Part shown: positions 8,083 through 16,418 of the stretch, piece after piece
How the letters are laid out: each line of letters opens with the position of its first letter
Numbering within the stretch: position 1 is the first letter of the stretch
Translations under genes and position numbers: made by a program
The notes under the pieces: generated by a model
Seen by the model: the letters and a program-made list of their open reading frames with translations, nothing else
Told to the model about the DNA's origin: nothing
Database searches by the model: none
DNA from: Candidatus Nanohalarchaeota archaeon QJJ-9
Lineage (GTDB): Archaea; Nanohalarchaeota; Nanosalinia; Nanosalinales; Nanoanaerosalinaceae
Direction of reading: 5' to 3'
Assembly: GCA_022865275.1 (NCBI GenBank)
Contig: JALIDQ010000001.1
Location: forward strand, 1-51,141
DNA: 51,141 nt

Positions 8083-8628
8083 ATGTTTACGAAAAAAACT
8101 AGGAAGGGTATCACCCCAGTGATCGCTGTTGTACTACTTCTTATGATGACAGTTGGAGCGGCAGGAGCTTTCTACTCTTACTACTCCGGTATGCTTGACA
8201 AGTTTATGGGTAAGGCGACGGAGAGGCAGAACACCCAGTTCAGTATCAGTAGTCTGGAGTGTGGTACTGGAAACACCAACAATATCACAGTAGTCTTTTC
8301 CAATAACGGTCAGACAACTTTGGATCTTAGCCCTGCAAATATCTATGTCCATCAGGGAGACTCGGAAATTTACGGGCTTAGTAAGCAGGGAATTTCTCTT
8401 ATGAGCTCTAGTGTAACCGACAACGATAATATCACAACGATCAGCACCTTGGACGATGATTTTTCAACCACTAACTCGCGAGCTGGTTACAATATAGAGC
8501 TGGATCCTGACAGTACTTCGGACAACGACTTCCAGGAATATAGCTCCTATACTATAGAATTCCAGTTCCCACAGATAGCTGGGGGTAGAAGCAAGTCTGC
8601 TACATGTTCCGCTGAGTCTTTGGACTGA
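8083..8628 (+). CDS. Archaeal type IV pilin-like protein (class III signal peptide)
   Basis: N-terminus MFTKKTRKG/ITPVIAVVLLLMMTVGAAGAF matches the archaeal pilin N-terminal domain pattern (KG then hydrophobic helix). GGAGG lies 9 nt upstream of ATG 8083. Confidence 0.75.
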   Translation: MFTKKTRKGITPVIAVVLLLMMTVGAAGAFYSYYSGMLDKFMGKATERQNTQFSISSLECGTGNTNNITVVFSNNGQTTLDLSPANIYVHQGDSEIYGLSKQGISLMSSSVTDNDNITTISTLDDDFSTTNSRAGYNIELDPDSTSDNDFQEYSSYTIEFQFPQIAGGRSKSATCSAESLD

Positions 8629-8704
8629 TCGGCTCAGCCTGTTTTTTATCTTTCTCTACAAATCTTTTTATGGGAGGCTGACTATTCTAATTATAGGGAT
8701 TGTT

Positions 8705-9340
8705 ATGCTAAGTCTTACAAGAAAAGCTCAGTCACAGGTTATATCCGCTGTTATAATCGGTGGTATCCTTGTGGGAGGGATAAGTGCGGCATATGTCTGG
8801 GGTGTGCCTCTACTACAGAAAAACCGGGACGTTGCCAATATCAAAGAAACTATATCAACATTCAACGATCTTAACGATGCGATAAAGGCTGCAAAGACCA
8901 GAGGAAGCTCTGGTGAAATACCTATCTCTGTGGGCTCGGGAGAGCTTAGGATAGATCCGGATAATGGCTCTATAACCTATACAGTAAGCACGAACGCCGC
9001 CTACGTAGATTTGGAGGGATGGACTCCTATAAACGAGAACGATATGCGGGGAGTAACCGAGCCGGGCCACGGTTTCCAGGGAGATGATGAACCTGGAGTC
9101 CTTGTAGGGAAAGCTGTTGAACTTCAGAAGGACAGGTACCAGAACACTTACAAGCTTGCCTACAGGCAGATGAAGGAGTCGGACTCGGATAGGTACCATC
9201 TAATAGACCTTGAGCAGAATGGTAACCTAGATGCTTCAGGAGGGGATCATAGTATAGTTGTAAAGCCTGGAGATAAGGAAACAGTCGATATGGGAGATAA
9301 GACCCTTGTTAACCATACTGTACTAGTCAGGATAGAATGA
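8705..9340 (+). CDS. Pilin-like protein (class III signal peptide)
   Basis: N-terminus MLSLTRKA/QSQVISAVIIGGILVGGISAAYVW: short basic leader, small residue, then a hydrophobic helix. Confidence 0.6.
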   Translation: MLSLTRKAQSQVISAVIIGGILVGGISAAYVWGVPLLQKNRDVANIKETISTFNDLNDAIKAAKTRGSSGEIPISVGSGELRIDPDNGSITYTVSTNAAYVDLEGWTPINENDMRGVTEPGHGFQGDDEPGVLVGKAVELQKDRYQNTYKLAYRQMKESDSDRYHLIDLEQNGNLDASGGDHSIVVKPGDKETVDMGDKTLVNHTVLVRIE

Positions 9341-9774
9341 TTAGGATGTTTAACTCCAGAAAAGGGCAGTATTCTGTAATAGAGCAGGTGATACTTTTCG
9401 GGTTAGGCATAGCTGTCCTAACCGGATTCCTAACCACTTTCCAGAACTTTGGGGAGGAGGCTAAGCAGGAGGCTATGGACCGCCAGTCTCGACTGTTAGC
9501 GGAACTGGTCAGGATGAATATTGTTCACCTTGAATCGTTGGGAGAGAAGTCCAGTATAAGATTTTCTCTTCCAGAGAAGCTCGCAGGGGAGGGTTATAGG
9601 ATAAACCTTACAGATGACGGTGTAGCGGTCCAGGTCATAGGAACTGGTTCCAACTATCTTAAAGGGTGTGCCGGACTTGAGGATGAATACCGGTTCAATG
9701 GCTCTGTTACCAATATCTATAACAAAGGTGTATTAAAACTGGAGAACAATAAGATTGTTTTAGGGGCGCCATAA
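9337..9774 (+). CDS. Pilin-like protein (class III signal peptide)
   Basis: N-terminus MFNSRKG/QYSVIEQVILFGLGIAVLTGF, with an acidic residue early in the mature helix as in type IV pilins. Overlaps neighbouring genes at both ends. Confidence 0.6.
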   Translation: MIRMFNSRKGQYSVIEQVILFGLGIAVLTGFLTTFQNFGEEAKQEAMDRQSRLLAELVRMNIVHLESLGEKSSIRFSLPEKLAGEGYRINLTDDGVAVQVIGTGSNYLKGCAGLEDEYRFNGSVTNIYNKGVLKLENNKIVLGAP

Positions 9775-11561
9775 TGTCGTTTGATTTTTCCAACCTAGTA
9801 AAGAGAGTAAAGAAAGCAAAGAAGAGGAAGAAGGAGGTGGAGAAAAAGAAGGCTGAGAAGATTGAGATAGAGAGCGGCCCCGCTAAGCTAGAGAGCGATA
9901 TATCACGTGGAAGACCTGCAGAAGATGTTTCAGAGCCTGAAGAGGAAGAAGGCTACCAGGAGACTAAGGAGAAGGTAAGCCTTACACCTACTGTTAAGGG
10001 ACCGGGTGAGTGGATAGAGAAGGATAAGGATGAGGACAAGGTTTCTGATGAGGCTAAAAAGGACATAGATGTGGAATACCCTCTTATTCCTGAGGAACCT
10101 GCTGAAGATGAGAGGTTGATGGCTAAGGCGCATATTTTCTATGATGAATCATCACAGGAGCTTATGTATCATCTATACGAGCCTGAGAGGAATGAGAAGG
10201 TAGAAAAAGCTCTGAAGAGGATAAAGAAGGAGCTTAAGGATAGTATAGACGTTGACTTCGCCCAGCTAAAGAAGGAGGAGGCGAAGAACTATCTCCAGGA
10301 GAAGGTCGAGGACATGCTGGAGCGGCAGAACTTTGGATTAAGCGAGGAGGAACGGGATGTAATCCAGTACTACGCCTACAGGGACTTTGTAGGGCTGGGT
10401 AAGATAGAGCCTCTTATGCACGATACTGAGATAGAGGATATATCATGCGATGGAACAGGCATTCCTATCTATATCTACCATAGAAACCCTAAGATAGGTT
10501 CTGTAAAGAGTAATATAGTGTTTGAAGGAGACGAGAACCTGGACAAGTTTGTAAGAAAGCTTGCACAGAGGTGTGGAAGAAGCATATCTATGGCTGAGCC
10601 TTTGCTTGACGGTTCTCTACCTGATGGCTCACGTGTACAGGCTACTTTGTCCACAGATATAGCTAGGCGTGGGACTAACTTTACTATAAGAAGATTTACA
10701 GAGGAACCTCTTACACCTATTCACCTGATGGATTATGGTTCTATAAGTGCTGATATGCTAGCCTATCTCTGGGTATGTATTGAGAACGGTAAGTCAGTGC
10801 TTATTCCTGGAGCAACCGCTGCAGGTAAAACTACACTCCTCAATGCTCTCAGTCTTTTCATCAGACCTGAGCTGAAGATTGTGTCTATCGAGGACACTCC
10901 TGAGCTAAGACTTCCGCATCCTAACTGGGTTCCGGAGGTTGCAAGAGAAGGTTTCGGGTTTGGAGAGCAGGATACTGGTCAGGTAACGATGGACGATTTG
11001 CTTAAGGAATCCTTGAGACAGCGTCCTGACTATATTATAGTGGGTGAGGTACGAGGAGAGGAAGCTTATATTCTGTTCCAGCAGATGGCTACGGGCCATC
11101 CTGGAATGTCTACTATCCACGCTTCCAGTCTGTCAAAAGTAATGGACCGCCTTACAACTAAGCCTATAGATTTGCCCCCATCTCTTATAAGCAATATAGA
11201 TATGTTGGTATTTACTAAGAGGGTAAAGACACAGGAAACAACTCTAAGGCGTGTAGGCTCGGTTCACGAATTCCGAGAGTATGATAAGGATCAGGACAAG
11301 CCGATAGTAAATAATATATTTCAGTGGGATGCTTCAGAGGACGAATTCGACAATATAAATGATTCATTCCTTATCTCGGAGATTGCGGAGGAACATGGGA
11401 GGGATGTTGAGGATATACAGGAGGAGATAGAGAGGAGGAAGAAGATTCTGAACTGGATGCTTGAGAAGGATATAAAGCATTACGAAGAAGTGGGAAGGAT
11501 AATTTCAACCTACTACCAGAACCCTGACCAGATAGTCAGAAGAGTTAAAGAGGAGATATAG
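9774..11561 (+). CDS. Type IV pilus/archaellum-family assembly ATPase (FlaI/PilB, T2SSE family)
   Basis: Walker A IPGATAAGKTTLLNAL, Walker B/Asp box RPDYIIVGEVRGEEAY and His box ATGHPGMSTIHASS. Carries a K/E-rich N-terminal extension of about 110 aa. Confidence 0.9.
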   Translation: MSFDFSNLVKRVKKAKKRKKEVEKKKAEKIEIESGPAKLESDISRGRPAEDVSEPEEEEGYQETKEKVSLTPTVKGPGEWIEKDKDEDKVSDEAKKDIDVEYPLIPEEPAEDERLMAKAHIFYDESSQELMYHLYEPERNEKVEKALKRIKKELKDSIDVDFAQLKKEEAKNYLQEKVEDMLERQNFGLSEEERDVIQYYAYRDFVGLGKIEPLMHDTEIEDISCDGTGIPIYIYHRNPKIGSVKSNIVFEGDENLDKFVRKLAQRCGRSISMAEPLLDGSLPDGSRVQATLSTDIARRGTNFTIRRFTEEPLTPIHLMDYGSISADMLAYLWVCIENGKSVLIPGATAAGKTTLLNALSLFIRPELKIVSIEDTPELRLPHPNWVPEVAREGFGFGEQDTGQVTMDDLLKESLRQRPDYIIVGEVRGEEAYILFQQMATGHPGMSTIHASSLSKVMDRLTTKPIDLPPSLISNIDMLVFTKRVKTQETTLRRVGSVHEFREYDKDQDKPIVNNIFQWDASEDEFDNINDSFLISEIAEEHGRDVEDIQEEIERRKKILNWMLEKDIKHYEEVGRIISTYYQNPDQIVRRVKEEI

Positions 11562-11569
11562 GTGGTTTG

Positions 11570-12454
11570 ATGGGTGAAAAAAGCAGCTACTACCGTTTTG
11601 CGGACAAGTATCTCAACCAGTATTCCTATAATCTTTCTGAATACTTCCGGGATCTTAAAACCGACTTGAAAAAGGCTAATATACCTTATACACTTTCCGA
11701 ATATCTAAGCGGGGCTTTAATGACCTCTATATTAGTATTTATTTTTGTAACACCTACAATATCTGTTCTGGCAGGTTTGATAGCGGGTAACTTTACAGGA
11801 ATGATAGCAGGACTTATTATGGGGCTTTTCATAGGAATATTTCTCAGTGTGGCGACTTTTATGGGATTTTATATCTATCCCCGGATACAGGTCTCGAGGC
11901 GGAGGACTAATATCAACCATAACCTCCCGTTCGCTACAATGTACCTTTCCACTGTTGCGGGCACGGGTACACCGCCTGCAGCCATGTTCAAGCTTCTGGG
12001 CCAGTTCGATGAATATGGGGAGGTTTCGGGAGAAGCGGAAAAAATTGCGAATAACGTCTACAATTTTGGTGCTGATATAAACGAGGCTATAGCATCTGCG
12101 GCAAATAATACTCCATCACCAAAGTTTAAAGAGCTATTATGGGGCATGAACTCTATTCTAAAGACTGGTGGGGATATGAAAAGCTTTTTGAGGAGCAAGA
12201 CGAAGGAGTACATGGCTGACTACCGCAGAGATCTGGACAAGTTTACTGAGACTCTTTCTTTACTTGTAGAGATGTATATTACTCTTGTAATCGTTGGCTC
12301 GGTGTTTGTTATGATTATATCTACGATAATGTCTGCTTTAGGTGGAAGCAATATGATGATACTGGCTATACAGGTTGCTACTGTGGTTTTCTTACTTCCG
12401 TTAGCCGCTATTATGTTTATTGTTATAGTTAAGGGTACTTCACCTCTTGAATAA
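11570..12454 (+). CDS. T2SSF-domain polytopic membrane protein (FlaJ/TadC-like, first half-equivalent)
   Basis: LPFATMYLSTVAGTGTPPAAMFKLL motif, a cytoplasmic T2SSF-like domain and flanking TM helices. ATG 11570 follows AGGTGG. Confidence 0.8.
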   Translation: MGEKSSYYRFADKYLNQYSYNLSEYFRDLKTDLKKANIPYTLSEYLSGALMTSILVFIFVTPTISVLAGLIAGNFTGMIAGLIMGLFIGIFLSVATFMGFYIYPRIQVSRRRTNINHNLPFATMYLSTVAGTGTPPAAMFKLLGQFDEYGEVSGEAEKIANNVYNFGADINEAIASAANNTPSPKFKELLWGMNSILKTGGDMKSFLRSKTKEYMADYRRDLDKFTETLSLLVEMYITLVIVGSVFVMIISTIMSALGGSNMMILAIQVATVVFLLPLAAIMFIVIVKGTSPLE

Positions 12455-12500
12455 CTTTTTAGTATCAGGTATGGGAAGTATAATATGAGGAGAGAATGAG

Positions 12501-13415
12501 ATGGAGTTAGAAGAAGGACTTTCAGGGAAGCAGAAGGTTGAATATCTTTCGCTTGGAGCCGGAGGTATCCTTCAATTCTTTGGAATCTCTGTCTACGTGG
12601 TTTTCAATCCTTCTCTAGGAGCTGCAATATTTATAGCAGGTCTTATAGCTGCTTTTCTACCTTACGGTCTTTATACATACTTTCACGGTAAGAAAATAAG
12701 CAAAGTAGAGCAGGAGTTCCCTAACTTCCTTAAAAACCTTTCAGAGTCCCGTAAATCTGGTATGTCTGTTTCACAGTCTTTTAGAAACGCTGCAAATTCG
12801 GACTACGGTGAGCTAGATTCTTATGTGCGAAAGGCGGCAAATCAGCTTTCCTGGGGTATAACGTTTCCTGAGGTGATGAAAAACTTCCAGAAAAGCCTTA
12901 AGGAGTCTAGTATAGTTGCAAGGTCTATTTCGGTAATACTACAGTCCTACAGGTCGGGTGGAGACGTAGCGGAAACTATGGATTCTATAGCAGAGGATGC
13001 TAACAAGATAAAATCTGCTGAGAAGGAGAGGAAGTCGGTACTGACCCAGCAGGTCTTTATAATCTATGCGATCTACTTCCTGTTTATTGGGATACTTGTA
13101 GCTCTCTACAAGATACTTGTACCGTTGCTTGAAATCGGAGGAGGAGGTTTTATGGGAACCCCTCCAAATTTCTGTAATAGTGTTATAGGCCCTGTATGCA
13201 GTCTCTGCCCTACTTTCTTTGGTACACAGGGGGGAAGCCGTTTGTGCTACTATAAGGCTATCTTCCTTGTTATGATTGTTGTAGAAGGATTTTTCAACGG
13301 TCTTGTAGCGGGAGAAGTGCGTTCAGGGGATATCGCTTCAGGGTTCAAACATATAATGATAATGTTGCCTGTAGGATTCATTTCCTATGTAGGAGCTCTC
13401 CGTATTATGGGGTGA
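12501..13415 (+). CDS. T2SSF-domain polytopic membrane protein (FlaJ/TadC-like, second half-equivalent)
   Basis: EQEFPNFLKNLSESRKSGMSVSQSF ... SGGDVAETMDSIAED T2SSF-like domain between TM helices. Confidence 0.75.
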   Translation: MELEEGLSGKQKVEYLSLGAGGILQFFGISVYVVFNPSLGAAIFIAGLIAAFLPYGLYTYFHGKKISKVEQEFPNFLKNLSESRKSGMSVSQSFRNAANSDYGELDSYVRKAANQLSWGITFPEVMKNFQKSLKESSIVARSISVILQSYRSGGDVAETMDSIAEDANKIKSAEKERKSVLTQQVFIIYAIYFLFIGILVALYKILVPLLEIGGGGFMGTPPNFCNSVIGPVCSLCPTFFGTQGGSRLCYYKAIFLVMIVVEGFFNGLVAGEVRSGDIASGFKHIMIMLPVGFISYVGALRIMG

Positions 13416-13419
13416 GAAG

Positions 13420-14259
13420 ATGCATAAGGAGGGACAGATTTCTATAGACTATGTAGGGGGAGCTATGATATTCTTTGTTTCGATAGTTTTCGTTGTGCAG
13501 GGTATCGTAGGGACTATCCCTCAGTATTCCAGCATCGCCGAATCTAACCGTGAGGAGATAGCGGCATGGGGCCTATCAACTTCTCTTGTAAGTGATACAG
13601 GGTACTGGTCTGATGTGTACGATGGCACCAACTGGGAGGACAATGTTATCACAGGAAAGGTGAAGCGGATAGGTCTAAAGTCGCCGGAGGGATCTGGGGT
13701 TTCACGTGAGAAGATAAACAAGCTACTTGGTATGGATTATAAGGAGATAAAGAAGCTATTCGAGACAGGGAAGGATTTCAGCATAGAGTTTACAGAATAT
13801 GCGGTTGTAAAGCTTTCAGGAGAGTTTTATAGAGGAGGGGATATAGACGGTATAGAGACCTATAACGGTTTTAAACCTCCCAGTGATGGTTTAGGCGGTG
13901 CGGATAGGTATATGCGGTATGGGACTATATCTATCAATGGATCGGAGAGGTATTTTCTAGCATCCTTTGATGACTCTGATTTCGATGGTCTTTATGTTTC
14001 CGACTCTATAGATTTTTCAAGCTCTGAGAAACTTGAGCAGGGAGAACTTAAGACACTCGACTTTAACGGTAGAAGGTTCAGGTTCGGTTTAGGGAGTTCA
14101 GGCCTTTCTACCAGTAACGGAAAGATTCTGCTGGTGGAGAGGGTGATGGGTAGGATAGGTAGGAGGATCCCGACATCGGAGGAAACCGTTACCCGCGTTA
14201 AAAGATATTCAAACACTCAGAAATCGATTATAATGCTTGATATGAGGGTCTGGAAATGA
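13420..14259 (+). CDS. Pilin-like secreted protein (class III signal peptide), 279 aa
   Basis: N-terminus MHKEG/QISIDYVGGAMIFFVSIVFVVQGIVG; overlaps the next gene (ATGA-type junction at 14256-14259). Confidence 0.5.
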   Translation: MHKEGQISIDYVGGAMIFFVSIVFVVQGIVGTIPQYSSIAESNREEIAAWGLSTSLVSDTGYWSDVYDGTNWEDNVITGKVKRIGLKSPEGSGVSREKINKLLGMDYKEIKKLFETGKDFSIEFTEYAVVKLSGEFYRGGDIDGIETYNGFKPPSDGLGGADRYMRYGTISINGSERYFLASFDDSDFDGLYVSDSIDFSSSEKLEQGELKTLDFNGRRFRFGLGSSGLSTSNGKILLVERVMGRIGRRIPTSEETVTRVKRYSNTQKSIIMLDMRVWK

Positions 14260-16418
14260 GGAAGGGTTATCTGCATGCGGTGGAGGGGGTTATAGCCAGC
14301 CTTTTAGCAGTGCTATACCTCGGAACGATTATATCTACCCCTCCCGCCACCGACTGGGAGAAAACCTCTCTCAACAAGCGTTCAGGCGATCTGCTTGGAG
14401 CGATGTCGGAGACAGGTGTTATCGACTATGCGGTACTGGAAGACGATTCTTCTATAGTACGGGGAACAAAGAATGTTCTTGGCTCTAATCTAGAATATTC
14501 TATGCATATCTCAGGCCTTCCGAAAAGGGATATGGAGATTTCTATGATACTGCCGCAGGAGGATGTTACTAGAGCTCCCTCCTTCAACGATTCGTATATA
14601 AACAGTAACTGGGCGGATCTAGGCCTTCCACCGTCAGAAGACGGTGCTGGATACCGTTCCGGAGAGATTATGGGTATAGATTTTGTTGTCTACGATCTTA
14701 TTGAGAACGGTGTAGCTGATTACAATGGGGTTAGCTTTGATATTAACAGAGACGGGGACTTTGGAGACACTGGGATAGACTTTGAGGAAGGTCCTTACCG
14801 TGCCAGGAAAAAGATAGACTGTCGTTCCACCTTCTGCCCTGATACTATAATAGGTTATATCGGTAAATCGCTTACTCTATACAATACCTCGGGAGAGCAG
14901 GAATACGCTCCCGGCCTTTCAGGAGTAGAGATTGGAGGTATTGATGTGGAGACCAGTATTATTCCTGAGGAGATCTACCCTGTTATCAACGTTTCCTCAA
15001 GCGATTTCTCGTATGAAGACGGTTACTGGGTAGCTGACAGGAATATGCAGGGGTTAAATGTAGATTTCAATATATCCGATTCTTCAGGTAATTCTACGCT
15101 CTATATTAATGATTCAGAGCATTTTAGAGGATCTTTTTACTCTGGAGACTCTGTGAGGGTTGCTGGAGGAATCTATTCGATAGAATCAGTTATGCCTCTA
15201 CACTTGAAACCTCAGACCCGGGTGGACTCGGATGTTCTGTTCCTAGAGAGACTGGAACCAGGTTATATAGACAACCATTCCTCTACTATTTACTCCACAC
15301 TGTCCAACGGAGGGACGATTATCGATATGTCTAACTGGACTGAGGAGGATTATCTAGGATCTTGTATGGAAAATCTTGGGATAGGTTGGAGAAACTTTCC
15401 TTACAGCTCTCCTGGAACTGGGTCGAGGTTTTATAGGGGTGAAGACTCTCCCGACTATATAAGGCAGTCTTTCAACAGTATGGGGATCGGATTGAATTCC
15501 AGCCTTTTCGAGGAGCATGGTTCGTATAGTATAGCGAACCTTACGCTTAAAGGCGAGGAGTTTTATGTCAATATAAGTTCCGGCGAGGTCTCTATTAATA
15601 GAACGAAGGAGTTTGATGAATGGTATTCACAGGGAGAAAGGTTGTTCCTTGCTGGCGAGTCTTACAGGATACAGCAGATACAGCCATATCCTTTTGTCCT
15701 GAATACAGGAGATGAATACCGTTTTAAGAATTATCCCGCATCAAACTTTACTGGTGAGACTGTATTAACGGTTGAAAAAGCGGTATGGAATGTTGAAGAG
15801 TCCAGCTACAATGCTACAGGTATGTTTGAATATTCAGGAGATGATTCAACTCTCCCTAACTCTAAATGCGGTAACCGCCGTGTAAATAAAAGCTTTAGCG
15901 TGGGAGAGAACACATTTAATGTTGTATTAACGGATAAAGAGCCTTGTGGAGATTTTGACTATGTCAATTTTGACTTTAACTCTAACGATGCCTACAACGA
16001 CTCCGAGGAGGATACTCCTGCAGGATTCGGTGCGGAAGGGATATACAGGAGGGGAGAAGAGGTGGTTATAGACGGGGAGCCGTATAGGATAGAACTGGGT
16101 AATGAAGTGGACTCTGATCCTTCCGGGGACTGGGTTTACCTTGAGAGAGAGGTGCCTAACCATGTTCCAGCTGCGGTCTGGCATTCTGGTGTGTTTAACG
16201 GTCGAGGAAACCTATTCCAAATGCCTGATGTTAAAATAGGTGATGACGGCATGTCTCTCCTAAAGTCTGTGATAGTCCGCGCGTCAGTTGAGCGTTACAG
16301 GTTTTCGCAGTCAAAGATATCTGGAGGTAACGCTATAGGACTGACCTATGCGGAGGAGCTTGACAACGAAGTCTATCTACCCTATACTATAGAATCTCTA
16401 TGGTGGTACGGTGAATAG
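14256..16418 (+). CDS. Large pilin-like/surface protein (class III signal peptide), 720 aa
   Basis: N-terminus MRKG/YLHAVEGVIASLLAVLYLGTII. Acidic, with many N-x-S/T sequons; no catalytic motifs recognised. Confidence 0.5.
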   Translation: MRKGYLHAVEGVIASLLAVLYLGTIISTPPATDWEKTSLNKRSGDLLGAMSETGVIDYAVLEDDSSIVRGTKNVLGSNLEYSMHISGLPKRDMEISMILPQEDVTRAPSFNDSYINSNWADLGLPPSEDGAGYRSGEIMGIDFVVYDLIENGVADYNGVSFDINRDGDFGDTGIDFEEGPYRARKKIDCRSTFCPDTIIGYIGKSLTLYNTSGEQEYAPGLSGVEIGGIDVETSIIPEEIYPVINVSSSDFSYEDGYWVADRNMQGLNVDFNISDSSGNSTLYINDSEHFRGSFYSGDSVRVAGGIYSIESVMPLHLKPQTRVDSDVLFLERLEPGYIDNHSSTIYSTLSNGGTIIDMSNWTEEDYLGSCMENLGIGWRNFPYSSPGTGSRFYRGEDSPDYIRQSFNSMGIGLNSSLFEEHGSYSIANLTLKGEEFYVNISSGEVSINRTKEFDEWYSQGERLFLAGESYRIQQIQPYPFVLNTGDEYRFKNYPASNFTGETVLTVEKAVWNVEESSYNATGMFEYSGDDSTLPNSKCGNRRVNKSFSVGENTFNVVLTDKEPCGDFDYVNFDFNSNDAYNDSEEDTPAGFGAEGIYRRGEEVVIDGEPYRIELGNEVDSDPSGDWVYLEREVPNHVPAAVWHSGVFNGRGNLFQMPDVKIGDDGMSLLKSVIVRASVERYRFSQSKISGGNAIGLTYAEELDNEVYLPYTIESLWWYGE

